From assembly GCA_036172245.1 (NCBI GenBank), contig JAYWIR010000017.1, forward strand, positions 3,782,001-3,846,000: a stretch of 64,000 nt of DNA. Direction: 5' to 3'. This document shows positions 37,446 through 50,500 of this stretch, piece after piece. The translations under genes and the position numbers were made by a program. Every line of letters starts with the position of its first letter. Within the stretch, counting starts at the first letter, position 1. The notes under the pieces were generated by a model. It was not told where the DNA came from and made no database searches. It was given only the letters and a program-made list of their open reading frames with translations. Source of the stretch: Raillietiella orientalis. Taxonomy: Eukaryota.

Positions 37446-40400
37446 ATGCACGGACCTTTTCGGACAAGAAGAGATGCACGCCTCGCGCTTGTTACAAAGA
37501 CGAGCACGCGCGTCTAGGAGCAGTCTCTGGAAACACGGCAACCGAAGAGACCTTTTCCAGCCACTCCTCCCATGCTGCCCTCGGAGATCCAAATTCCTCC
37601 TCCCGCTTGTGGGGAGTGTATCTTCGGGTGCATGGGGAGGAGAGCAAGCCGTGACGGACCATTCTCTTCGATTTGTGTGCCTATCGCAAGACCAGACGCT
37701 TTTCGAATCCGCACTGGACCGTGAGGGGTCTGGCTTGCTCCGGTCTTCACCGAAGGACTTCTAGACGCAGTTGGCCGACAACCGTGCCCTGCTGGACCGA
37801 GTGTGTCTTCCGACATTTCGACAGAAACCTGCGATGATCACGGCCTGCGCGAGATTGCTGCACATTCCAGGAGCATCATGTGCCCGGCACATTTGCTGCC
37901 ACTATAGCCACACTTGCAGTTTAGCTTAAACGGTTTAGCAGCTTTCCAGCCTGCTATGTACAAGTTATGATCACGAATGGCTTGTGGATTCAGCAGAAGC
38001 ACCGAACCTAATGTGGATAAGTTCGCGCGCGAGTCAACTCATTTCAAAGTGCGTCATATGACAGAACGACCACTGAGCACGTCTCTGCCTTCCTATTTCA
38101 TGCCAAAGGGGTCATCTACCCGTCTTATGCAGGAGTCTGCCAGTCACCTATTTTTTTTGCAGGCCACAAGATAAAGGTTCAATTTTATAACCAGATGTGT
38201 TATTTTTGCATTTGTGTGCAAATAATAATAATAATGAATTTCACGCCCACAGATATAAAAAATATCGTTTGGATGCACAAGTGCGAATGGGTCATTCAGA
38301 TAGAGGGCAAGGTTGTTGAGAAGTCTTTGCTGCATCAGATGATTTGATGGGAAGAGAGAAACTTCCTGAAGCCGACTTGGTGTCATTCATCGTAGAAAAC
38401 CATAAAGAGAGGTGTAGAAACACGGTCATTGGGAAATTGCAAAGGGACATCTCAGCTGATATTTGAACGTAGCTACAGAATGCAGCAGCAGGACGGGACC
38501 TTACAGATAGTTTCGCGTTTGCCACTAAGGGCGGTAGCAATTTTCGCCAAGACCATTTGCTGTAGGCCATTCCATAAAGTTTGCGTACCGAAATTGCATG
38601 TCCATGCTCTAGAATGTACGACGGTACGTGCTTTAAACTGTGTGAACGAAACAGCATCGACCGTACTAACACCAGCACATTTTTGCCTTCCTCAAATTTA
38701 CTTTAATGTTTCCTTTTTTTTTTGGCTTTTCCTACTTCCTCTGCATCATCGCGGACGCTCTTAAGAACATGCTTATTCAAGCTCTCACGGTAAAAATTCT
38801 TCAGCTGACCGGTGTCCAGCGCTTCCTATCCGGATTATGGAGACACCCGGTTGCCAAAGCATTGCCCAAGTACTTCTAATTAAAACTCTCAGAAATGCTG
38901 ATGCTGCAAGACGACCGAGGTAGGCCTGTGTTCACTTTGCTTTGAGAAAAAGATGCACGATGATGCACCAGGCAGATGGAGCAACCTCGAAAAAGTCTCC
39001 TCCCCCGCTGCAGGATGATTTGCAGAGTGGTGCTTTCCCGAAATGTGTTTACAGGTCCTCGAGAACTTTTTTACGCATGCAGCGGTCGCGGGTAAGCTCT
39101 GTCAAAGGGAAAAAGACGCGCTGGAACTTTGGCAGTGAATATCCCATATCGAAGAGTCATTGCAAATGAGGTTTCCCGATGATAATTGCTGTTTAGGGTC
39201 TAAAAGCAAGCAAAAAGGCAAACAAGAAAAAAGGAAACACACATTCTTTTGGAAGATACGCAGCATGCACAATGAAAACAACAGCACCAATCCCGCTCTT
39301 ATGCATCCGGCCGAAAATCAGTGGCTGCTATCTCGTTTCTGTTTCCTTGCTTCGAATCAAATCAGAAAAGGCAATCGTAAAAGTCTCCAGAAGATGGATG
39401 TATTGGATAGCATCCAACCGGCTATTTCTTGTGCCTTTCCCACAAGATCTGTTTGCACTCGGGTGTTTACCTGGAACTTAATGGTAGGCACTGCGTTCTG
39501 CTGCTACTCAAAAGTGCTTCTTCAATGCTGCTGGCGCAGGAAGTGTGGGGGAGGGGGGGGAAGGAATCCAAAAAGACCTGATTTCCATTTAAAAGAGTTC
39601 CCTTGGAAAGTCAGCGCGGAGAAGGTTTCGTTCACAGCTGCTACCGCCCTTCGTGAAAAACACGAAGGCTGTCTCTGCCAGGCCCCGTCATGCCGCTGCA
39701 TCCTGCAGTGACGTTCAAACGTCAGCTGAATTTGCAACTCTTCTTCTATCGCACCATGACTTTCTCTCATCTGGGTTATCATGCTCGCGTGGAACAGGAC
39801 CGACGTTACGTTCGGAAGTTTCCTCCTTTTTTCCTCATGGGGAAATTCGCCATTTACCTGCCAGCACTCGAATTACGAGTGGTGAACCTAATCTACGATG
39901 ACATTCGCTGGCACATATGCTGGTGCCAACAGCGGAGCCCATGGGGCAATGTTTCCAGTTTCCTGAAGAGAAAGTACATGCTAAGCGGCGTCAGCATTGA
40001 CTCGCCTGCTTCCTTTGCTGAAGACTCGTCCCGTCTTGTCTTTACACTCCTTTTGCCGTGTTTCCGCCCCTAAAACTTACGCCTCTGTGCTCTTTCACGG
40101 TACATGAGCATAGCGGAAACACCAGACTTCTGTGTGCCACGTATTCCACGCGCCTACCCATAATTGCACGCGCGAATACCATGTCCACACGATACTGACG
40201 TACTGTACGCTACGAATCATGTGCACATGAATGTCTTCCCCTCTCGCGCTCGCTCCTTTTGCACACAGCTGAGGGACGTGAAAGAAAATGCAAGAAGTGT
40301 TTGGTCTATTCCAAGTGCCATCCAGTTATGCTGCCATTCCAGAATGTGCTCTTAGCTTCTCCCCAAAGGCCGCTCCTTCCCGCGCGGTCTGAGCAATCGC

Positions 40401-43134
40401 ATCCAGGCATTTTGGCTGGAACTTCAGAGCTCCTAGGTCGGCATCTGACCCTCGCGATTCCTTCTCGACTGGTGGGAGATTTGGCATCTTCCTATTGGAG
40501 CTACGACTCTCTGCCAGTCGTATTATCCTTTCGGAAGTCACGACCGCACTCGTGCACGACATTGAGGATTCGCGAGGTGCATGTGCACGCACGCTTTTTT
40601 TACCCTCCTTTTCGTCTTCTTTGGACATCAATGACCGTCTCCTGAAAGGCGAGGTCACAGTGAGAAGCAAGTAAGAAACTACGCGTTTCTGTCCATCGGG
40701 AGGTGAGGTGTGGACGGTCCATCGTATCGGTTCATAAAAAGCACCCATCTGCCTACATCTGGCTGCGAGCTCGTCATTCCGAATCCCCTGTGGTGAGGTC
40801 GTCGATCGATTCTCACCTAATCATTGTATCGATTCGAAATGCGAAACGTTTTGGTTTCCTTGGAGCTGACCCCAGCGCTCGCCTCGTGTGGAAAGGGGAG
40901 GAAAAACAGCAGCCTCCATGCCTCTTCGGGACTCCTGCCTGTCCCCCGTGTGAGTTCCTTATCGGATTCGAAACCGTGTATGCCGCCGCAGGAGGCGAAA
41001 TGGAACGTTTTTCCTCCGGCGGTTATGCATCTGATTCGCCACTCTGTCGGTCGAAATGGAGGAAGGAGGCCTTGCTCTTCTTCAGACAACACCAGGTACT
41101 CGGCTTCGATCAAGCAGTCCGCCAGCTGGCGGCGGCAGCAGCAGTGGCATCGTTTCACCTCACCGACAAAGTTCTCCTTTGGGAGGCTCAGGAAAAGAGT
41201 CGTGGTGAGGGGCAAAGCACGACTCTGACACCAGCGGTAATGGCAAGGCGATGGAGACCAGCCAAGGTGAGTCACGCAAGCGCGTCGGCGTTCTGGCGGA
41301 AACGGGCGGTAAGGAGAAACATGACAGTGGGCGAAGACTAGTCGGTCGCGACCGCCTCTTAGCAAGAGTTACAAGGACCCTCCCTCCCTTCACTTTCTGG
41401 AAAAGTGGTCCCGACGGGCCGCTTTCTGAGGTTCCAGTCGCGGCCCTCCCCCGTCCACACACACACACTGACAGCCTCAAATAGCAAGTTAGAACCTTCC
41501 CAACGTCTCCAGATTAATGACTCTCCGCGTAAACGAGAGACCTGGTGCGTCGACGCCGTCCTAGCAACTCTCTTAGAGCACCACCGCCCTCACCTTCACG
41601 TTCGCGTGCGTGCCATCCTGTGCTTTAGGCGCAAGTTCTGTAGGTGTCGGTCTGTCTTTTAGATCAACGCGCGCCCTTGCATTTTGAATTCGCCCCGACA
41701 GTGCATTCTGATGATCCGCCAGCCTCATCATTCCAGGATTTCTCCTGATCTGAGCTGGGACTTAGGTCCCAGGGGAAGGAAGGGAGGGAGGGTTCTGAAG
41801 GCGATTGGTGTTTCCCAGATGGTGAGTAGAGAAGACTCGAAACGCGAGGCGTCTCTACATCTCGTAGGGATGGGACAGAAGCGGCCGGAGAAGCGATGCA
41901 AGCCGTGTGATGCGCACGCACGTGTCGTGAACTCAAGTGTACATGCTATGTGTCACTTGCTTCCTTTCACAGCAGGCTGGCCCCGAACCCCAGTGAACCC
42001 ATTAGCATCCTCTAGGAAGGACATCAGGAGGGGCAGTACGTGCTGCATTTTCGGACGTCGTTTGCTTTTTTTCCTTGCGCGCCTCCTTAGCATCTCCCTA
42101 TTCGGCACAAGCGAACCAAAGGAGTGACCACGGGCAACCGAAAGCAAAGGTACAGCAGCTGCAGCAGCAAGAAGGGAACTTGTTGCCAAGTGCAACCAGC
42201 GAGAAAGGTTAAAACTACTCTGCGGCCAGCGGCGCTCCGGCCCATCCCTTTGGCTGCAACCGTGAGACAGTCAGGCTCGTAGGAACAGGGAACGGAAGGG
42301 GAAGAAAATTCTTTCCTCTCCCCTCTTGCGCTAACTTTCCCTCTCCTCGAGGCGACTTGCGTTTCCAAAAACGCGAGACGGGTACTTGTACATCCACTCA
42401 CCAGTGATTGATTGTATCTGATTCTCCTTCACCCACGTTAATCTCACAGAGTGACGGAGCTGGGAAATTTTTCAATGTCACCTTTCAGAGTTGTTTTCTC
42501 TCTCTCTTTCTCTCTCTTCTATCTGACGTATGAAGAGATGGTATAGAAAAAAGCGGTCACGTCTATATACTCAGCAAAATGAAGAGTCGATATTTTTTAG
42601 GAAGCCGCACCCTTAGATTCTGAGCTGACGAGATGACGTAGCAATCAAGGACCACAGTTATGGAAGGGAGCCCCCTCCCCCCCAAAAAAAGGACTCTTTC
42701 GGCCGGGAAGAGTTTTTTTTTTTTGCTTTACTTTTCTCTGTAAAAAAACAGAAAAAAAAACCTGAAACGAAATTTTGCCATTTAATCCTGAGCAAGTAAG
42801 AAGGCTAGAAGACTGATGTATAAATCGCGAATGGTGACCTCAGTAGCGCTCAGCTGCAACCGTGTAGCTCTCCGGACACGGGTAATCTGGATTATGCTTA
42901 CGAATCATTTTTTTTTTTTTCCTTCCCCTCCAGCGTCGAGGTGCACCAGATCAAAGTCATTCGTTTTCGCAGAGCTAAATTTACATTTTGTTCCCATACT
43001 TGTTCGGAACCCCACGGAAGAGAATCTTCGTGTTGTGAGACGTCGGGACGGCTGCCCCGGTGGTGATGCGATGCTACCGGCACGGTTGCGTCCGATCCGC
43101 TCACGGTGAATGACGTAATGCAGCGCGATCTCAA

Positions 43135-44107
43135 CCCTTGAAGGGCGTCATATACGACACACAGGAACTGAAACGTGCAGCGGACTTCCTGCCTTGGTCA
43201 GTGCTGCGAGCATGCCGTTCCAGCTGCCTGTTACTAAGCCTGCGGTACGCTTGCAGCCGGCATTGCGTGCAAATCGGCTGGTTTTGTACAAATTGGTTTG
43301 GTACAATCGATTTGCTCGCCACTGAGTGCAAACTGGTTGGTTTTGTTTCATTTCGTGCCCGATTGTTCCGTGTACGACATCACAACACCTTTCACGTTAC
43401 GTATGGCCTCTCATAATGAAATTTTTCACACGAATTGAACTGGAAGGGCTGATTGGACGCTAGGAAAGAGGAGAAATTAACTTAGAAGACCAAGATTTAG
43501 ATGACGGAAATTCGGAAGCAGGGAGCGTACAAGACGACGAATTTTCAGCTGATGAAAGCGGCGTGGATGGCCTTTGAGAGTTTTTTCTTATGGAATGTTG
43601 GACGGGACTTGGATAAATTCGTATGTGATGTTCATTGCCAACAACCTTGGAAATCCAAATTATGAAAGTTATTCCCAGAAAAACGTTCCTTCAAAATTTA
43701 GGACATACCAGCTTGTAACACCTCATATGGAACGCCGGTCACAACGAGAACGTTTCCCTCGTTCTTTGCGAAACTTGATTTTATCTGTACTGAATAAAGA
43801 GGCTCCGAAGTTCCAAGATGTTCCGAAAGGACCTTTAACCGCCCATAAGCTCTGCGAAATGCGCCCACGTTCCGCCAACCGGAAAAGGAAGTGAAAAGTG
43901 TACCTCTTGCAAAAAAAGTCACAAGTGCCCCAAACCGAAGGCCTTTGCGTTGTGAATGTTGCAAACTTGTAAAATAATTCGTAATGATGATTGCAATTCA
44001 TAAACAAAGTAAAATGTTTACGAAAAATCATTAGGTTTTATAACTGTTCTAATTAGTGACACCACGTAACCACTGGTGTACTACGTCGTCACGTTACCCT
44101 TCTAGTG
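43135..44107 (+). mobile_element. Internally deleted, non-autonomous piggyBac element
   Basis: Flanks are TCAA (43131-43134) and TTAA (44108-44111). Terminal inverted repeats cccttgaaggg / cccttctagtg. An acidic N-terminal remnant (EDQDLDDGNSEAGSVQDDEFSADES) is joined to the transposase C-terminus WPLRVFSYGMLDGTWINSYV...LVTPHMERR...PRSLRNLI...CEMRPRSANRK...CTSCKK...CECC (cysteine-rich domain). The catalytic core is absent. Confidence 0.85.
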
Positions 44108-44319
44108 TTAAAATCAGGCATTCCGCCCGCATCTTCGTTCGCACCTTGTAAAGATTCTCGCTGCCTCGCAAAGCCACGCAACCACGTCGGGCAGACGTGC
44201 AAATAAGCAAGAAGGCAAAAGCATGGTATGCGCACCGCCCACGCTGAAGGATACCGCATCGAAGAAGAACAAAAGCAAGAAGGAGAAGAAAAGTAGCTTT
44301 ATGTAACAATGGGGATCAC

Positions 44320-44548
44320 CTCGATAAGGCGAATACTTTGGCATCCATCTTGATCTGTCGCTCGTGGCTTGGCACAGGTAATTCCCGTAGTCCTGTGGGC
44401 CGACGTCCTCGATTTTCAGAACCGCTTGTATCTTGTGGCCGAGATGGCGGGTGTAGCTCTGGGTGCGGTAGCTCGAGCTCGGGGAGAGAAAAATGCCGTG
44501 GAGACGCTGGTCGTCGCTAGGCAAGATCACCTTGCTCCATATGACGTT
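44320..44548 (-). CDS. Exon encoding the C-to-F strands of an immunoglobulin-superfamily domain
   Basis: Acceptor tttcccattcttgcgttccag|AAC (an in-frame alternative gives a start at 44608), donor CGAG|gtgatc. Peptide NVIWSK...QAVLKIEDVGPQDYGNYLCQA carries the Ig C-strand Trp, the E-strand LxI and the DxGxYxC motif. Confidence 0.8.
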
Positions 44549-47500
44549 CTGGAACGCAAGAATGGGAAACCAGCTACTCGAAGTGCAGAACGTTTGGGCG
44601 ATGTAGTGCTGAGGGAAGCACAAAGCAGCAGCCTTTGAAGACTCTGCCCTTCTTGGCAGCCATCCGAGGTGCCCCCACCAACAGGGGTAGAGGGAACGGA
44701 ACGCTCAGCGAGCCCTACGGAAACCGTTCCGAAGATGGAGTTATATCGACTTGAACTGCCCCACGGGGAAGCATCGAAACCTTACGGATCAACACAGGCT
44801 GAGAGCGGGGAGATTGACGGCTCTGCCTCTCTCTGACGGCGCGCGCGGGTGCGTCATGTGTCCTCGTACGGGCATCTCTCAGATCCAGCGAACGGCTTTC
44901 TCGAAGATGCCACGCCCGCCCGCACGATCAGACCAACCTCCAAACGACAGCTGGTCCAGAATTCCCAAACGGGCTTGGAAAACCCGGACCTGAAAAGCGA
45001 CCCTGCGGCGAGCGAGCATCTTTGGGGAGGGGCACGCGAAGCGCTCTCTCGCGGAAGGAGCATCTTCCCAGAAAAGAGGAGCACGTCAGCAGCACGCCAG
45101 CGGATCTCAGATGTCTTCTTCAGCAAGGGATCCTACGGGAAATCGGAAAGGGGGGGGACGCTTGCCTCAGGAACGAAACGGAGATCCTCCAAACCGGAGA
45201 CCTGCGGTGGCCGGGGCAACGAAAGTGCCGCGACCGAGCCACAGAGGCTGGGGGGGGGGGGGGTAGGGGGCAAAACCGGGCGAGTTTGTTCAGGCGGCTC
45301 TGGAAGGGATCATGAGTTCGTGACTCTCAACAGAGGTCTTGGCCCCTGCAGGAAGGGGGGGGAGCCAGAAGCAGCAGCAACGGTCAGAGTGAGGACAGAG
45401 GAGAGAACAAGGAGGGATCGAATCGCATGGAGCGCTCCCTCTTGGTTGTCCCGGAGCTCAGAAGCTCCAGGATTCCTCGCGGTGCACGGACAGGGAGAAG
45501 AGAGCGGGGGGTTCGCTGAAGGATGCTCTGCAAAAAGGGAGCTTTGCAGGCGCTGCAGCCGAAGCCCATGTGTACCCGGAGCTAGCCTCTGGGGATCACC
45601 CTTTCTGCCTCTTTCGCAGGACAGGCCAAAAGAAAAGGTGACAGCAAAGAATCGAGAGAGGAAGCGCGAGATTGAGGCACCGATGTAGGCGGGTGAGAGG
45701 AAGGGAAATTTCCGCAGAGCCGGAAGTCGTCGTCGTCGGCGGGAACGTTGGGAAGGAAAGACCAGGCCGAGTCTTCGAGAGGATCCGCTCGTGGAAAGAC
45801 CATGCATGGTGCGCAGGGCGTTCTTGCCAGCGGCACGATGAGGGTGCCGGTATGAATGTGGAGAGCGATCTTCGGTACACTTGCCGAGGATGCCTGCACG
45901 ATCCGAGCTTCATATCCGCAGCCCCCATCGATGTCGCGCTCGTCGGTCCTGCTCCTGACGTTGCGCGTGTTCATGTCGCGTCGGCATCGCTGTTTTTTTT
46001 TCCTTTTCTTCTTGCGCTTTTCGCATGAATGCGCTTGGAAAAGTCACCAGGAGACGTCTGCCTCGCAGAAGAGCTCCAAAACTCTCATCTTTCGGAGAAG
46101 AAACAATGGAGCGGACCCACTTCGGGAGGGTCCCTACGGAGAAAACAAAGAAGAGATTCCCTCTCCCAAGCGTGGAGAGCAACAGATCCTTCCTCCTTCC
46201 GGAGTCCTTCCTGGATTCACAGGAGGATCCCCGGGTTCCACAGCAACAACAAAGAGAGCTCTCGAGCGTGTTAGCTAGAACCGTGCTGGGAATCGAACTT
46301 TCCCCCGGAAAATGGGAACGTGAGCAGAGCGATAAAGAAGGGATGCGCATTCGGCTTCCAAAGTGATGGCAGCCGGGGCGACAAGACTCAGCTGTCTCGT
46401 CATCGCTGAGACAGGTGGCTGTTCGGATTCGCTCGGCGAGAAGATGCAGGAGACGCAGCATGAGAGGGGAAGGAAAGAAACGAGTCCGGTTTCGTCTCTG
46501 GGAGAAACTGGAAGTGGAGGCGCGCCGAGGCACCCCTGACGCACTCTGGCAACAGCAGCGAGGAGCAGAAACCTTAGTTCTGCAGCTTCTGTTGTGACCA
46601 AAACGGAAGGCCATTCACTTCTGTACTCCAGGAATGAATGGTGTGCTCCCGAGTAACCTATCCGTCCCTGCCAGGGGTTTCTCGACCTGCGGCCATCCCC
46701 TTCTTTCTTGCAAAGCTTCCTTTGACTGGAAGCTTGACAAATCCTTTCTGGTGCGAAGAGGCTGGAGAAGCTGACGATTCGCTCTTCCCCCGCATTTGGT
46801 GCCACTCCCTCTCTAGCAGAAGCAGCAGCAACCCTCGAGCAGAAACCTTTCCACTTTCCTGCAGATGGCTGCTGCTCCGAGTTGGAACTCGAGCTGCGGA
46901 CGTCTCTTTGTAGCACGAAACGTAGAAGTTGCTTCTCCTTCATTCGAAGGAAGACATCCGCGAAGATCGCAGTCTTTCCTCTTGTCCCGTCCCACTCGCA
47001 GGCCGAGCGTCGCGTTCCCGGCATGCCCTTTCGTTCTCAAGCAGGCCTTGTCGCTTGTGACTGGTTCCCCCCCGAGGTTTCCAAGACGCGCCTGCTCCAG
47101 AGGTCGGGCAGCTGCACGAAGGATTCCAAGTTGTTTGCCGAACGAAGCCGTCACGTTTGACACATGGGAAGGAAAGAGGTCCTTGTCTCAAGTGACGTCG
47201 TGATACGCGCTAAAATCTCGTTTTTGAACGCGAATTCCCACAATGCCTTTTTTCCCTTTTTGACTTTTTTCTATCACGCTCGTACTTTTCGAGCTTTCCG
47301 TCTTGATTTTTCGTCCTGTCCCGAGATGTCGTTGTCCATCCAGGATTCCTTCACAAGGTGTGGACGACATGCCACTTTTTACTTTACGAAGAACCTCCCC
47401 GACTTGCCAGCAGCAGCACGAGTAGAATAGGCCATCAGTCGTGCAGCCATTGTCCCGATTCACTGACTGCAACGATCACTCATCTACCGAGCGCTTGAAA

Positions 47501-50500
47501 GCCACCCTTTCCCTTTCCTTTCCTTCTTTTTTGCACATCGCGGTCTGGGATGTGTGGCGCAAACATCTCTTTCGCATACTTGCGTTCTCGCTATCACCAA
47601 ACGAAGCACTCGGAAAAAGTTCTTGCGCGTGGAAAGGGGATCCAGAAATAAAATACGAGCAATGAACGGATATGATGGACGTCAGGACGGCGCGGAGCCG
47701 CTCAGAGGATCTGAAAACACCAACAAGGATCCACACAAAGCAGCTTCGGAGACGAGCCATGAAAATGGAAACGGTCGCTGGGAAACTCAAGAGGAACGAG
47801 TTTGAACCATCGGGCATGAGATTTGGGTGGTTCTTGGATGCCTTTCCTCGCTGCCGGATGCGGCGGCTACCCAGTCAGCGGATCCGATCCGTTAGGTGAT
47901 GTCTGGAGAGACTCAACACGTCCGTTGCTCCCAACTTGAGTTTCCAACTGAGATTGCTGAACATATCCGCAACTTCCCATTGCCTCTGCCGACTGCCTCC
48001 TTTAAGAGAGAACCCAAAGACCGTCCTTGTTTGTTTCTTTTCCTTGGTCAGTGTTCTTTTGAAGATCTGTTGAGATCACAACGGTCGAATAGTGGATTGC
48101 CTGCCCTCCCTTACACCTGCACTATTAAGCATCTTTGTGTTTTTTTCGTGAGAAACACCTCGAACTCCTCTGCTACAATTTTAAGAGTAACGAAATGGAG
48201 GACATTCGGAATGTCGCGGAAGGTGTAAGCTCCAACATTACACAGGATCTTGGTGACTTTGGGGAAGTTAGGCAAAGTTTCTCTGCAAGCACTCTGAAGA
48301 AAAACCTTAGGCCGATGCAGCAACAACGTCTCTATGGCTGTAACTAAGTAGGCGGAAAAGAAGTGAGACGTGCCCTTCGGATGTTCACGAAACGTCCGAT
48401 ATACTCGAATGCACGTTTCCATAACGATGGTGGCACTTTCAACGCTTCACTTTGGCTTTCTCCCTCACCGTGAGTTTCTCCCTCCTCTTAAACACTGCTT
48501 CCCTTGATCGGGAAAATGCCAGTAGAGGGCACGTATCCGCACATCATTTCACGCCATTCCTCAGCTTCTGCGTTAGCAGAATTCAGGTGCTCTGTTTTCT
48601 CCTGCAGCTCAGCATCTGCAAATTCGAAGTCCGTGGCCAATTCTTCCTTAGCCGACTAAGGTGACTGCGCTCACCATCGCATTTACTCTCTCATCATGAT
48701 GACTGCCCCTTTATAAACCCATCATCATCTGTTCATTCCTGTTCGAGAAGATGCGTTTTTTTCCCTCTTCCCTCTTCATTGTTTTTATGTTGCTTTTTCT
48801 TGCCATAGGCGGTAGAGAAACGGTGATGGAAGATGGACTTCTTACGGAAAACATCGCTGGCATCTGGCGCTCCATCACGCACGCATCCCAGGAACTGATC
48901 CTCAATGAATTTCCTTTTTGGGGAAAAGGAGACCCATGCACTACCAGCTCTCTGCGTTCCAAACCGTCGTCTGTTGCCTTTCCTCGTCGCCTCTCCCAGC
49001 CGTTTGGAACAGCCGAGCCCCGCCTGGCCGTTCTGAAGTCCTTCGCATGGTACCAGATCGTCCCTTAGTTCAATCATGGCCGAATTCTTCGCAGAGAACA
49101 TGCACCATCCCGCAGGCTAACGAATCGCATTGAGGGGATCAAAACAGTGCGCCAAGGCTGCGCCATTCTTTCTTCTCGGCATTCAGTTTGCTGTGCACCT
49201 GTTTACTGTGTCAGCTTGCTGCGTTTCAGATTCAGGACTTCCACACGAGCACTCAAAATACAGACAATGGTCAAGTGCTTCTTTCCTAGGAAGAATGCAT
49301 CCAAGCAATCGTAAATCAGGATGCATCCTCCTAAGCAGCCAGCTCTGATCTTTTTTCTTCTTTTGCGTCTTGAAGAATGAGAATCTTTTTTATGGTACAC
49401 CATTCGTGGCATCTGGCAGGCTCAGATGTGCCACCAGACTCTAGAGAAGACGGAAGTGCGGATGAAATTCGAAGTGGTGGAGAAAGGGTACCTGTTGGCA
49501 AGGGAAACCAAAGGATGTTTTAGGCACTGTCCAAAGAATGGAGCGGTTCCTAAAGACTACCATCCTCACCAAAGACCCCTATCAACACATTTGAGATCTC
49601 TGTTGGGAATACTATCATCAATAAATACGAAAACTGGAAAGGAATTGATCCTCTCTTATCTTATCCACTTTCATCTTTCGGATACATGCAGAGGAAGAAG
49701 AACAGAAAAATCAGCTTGCAGGACAATGGCAACCAAAACTATATGGATGACCGGTTTGAGGAACAGAAGGGGGGAGGAAGGTCGTGAGAAGACCAGATCC
49801 TCAATGTTCCAAATGAGAACGTACTGGAAAAATGACTTCAGATTTTCCAGGTGTCCTACTGAGCCTCCCGCAGAATAAACTGTTAATCCTTTCCATATTT
49901 CAAGAACTCGCTCTAAAATTCCCACAAAAGATGGCGTGGCTGGGGCCACTTGAATATGAACGGAAAACTTGAACTTGTGTAGACAAAATATGAATCCACG
50001 AAACTTTTAAGATTCAATAGTCTCAATAAAACGGATCTTTTGAGAACAGCAATTCCTCTGTTTCGAAAGTCAACGAAGTGACATGTCAGAAGAAAGAATT
50101 AGCTGAAACGATACTTTCTGATGATCCCAGTGCATGCGATCAGGATAAGATATTCAACACACATTTGCAGAAAACTTGGGGAGACACACACACTGTATCC
50201 ACTGAGAAAAAGCATTTTTCGACCACCTCGGTGAAACTAACCCTGAATTAACGCTGATCCTTCAACGCTTAGAGGGACTCATCAAACATGAGACTGTGAT
50301 TTGGTTAAAGCAGCATCGATATAGAAAAAGACGGCGCTAAAAGAGAAACACAAATGCAAAGCTGCTGCCCCTGCCAACCGCTGAAGTACTTATTTTCCTC
50401 TTCAGAATCATCCGTGTAGGAGATTCCCGTTTTTTTCGTTACGCACAGAACTTATATATAGCTTTCATGTATGCTCTAAGACAGATTACATACGCCAGTG

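Noticed and set aside
47590..47712. Candidate upstream Ig exon (RLRAVLTSIISVHCSYFISGSP)
   Set aside because: No phase-0 donor was found to join it to the 44548 acceptor.
48100..48330. hAT dimerisation-domain-like peptide on the minus strand
   Set aside because: The resemblance needs frameshifts and lacks the ERxFS core; too weak to call.
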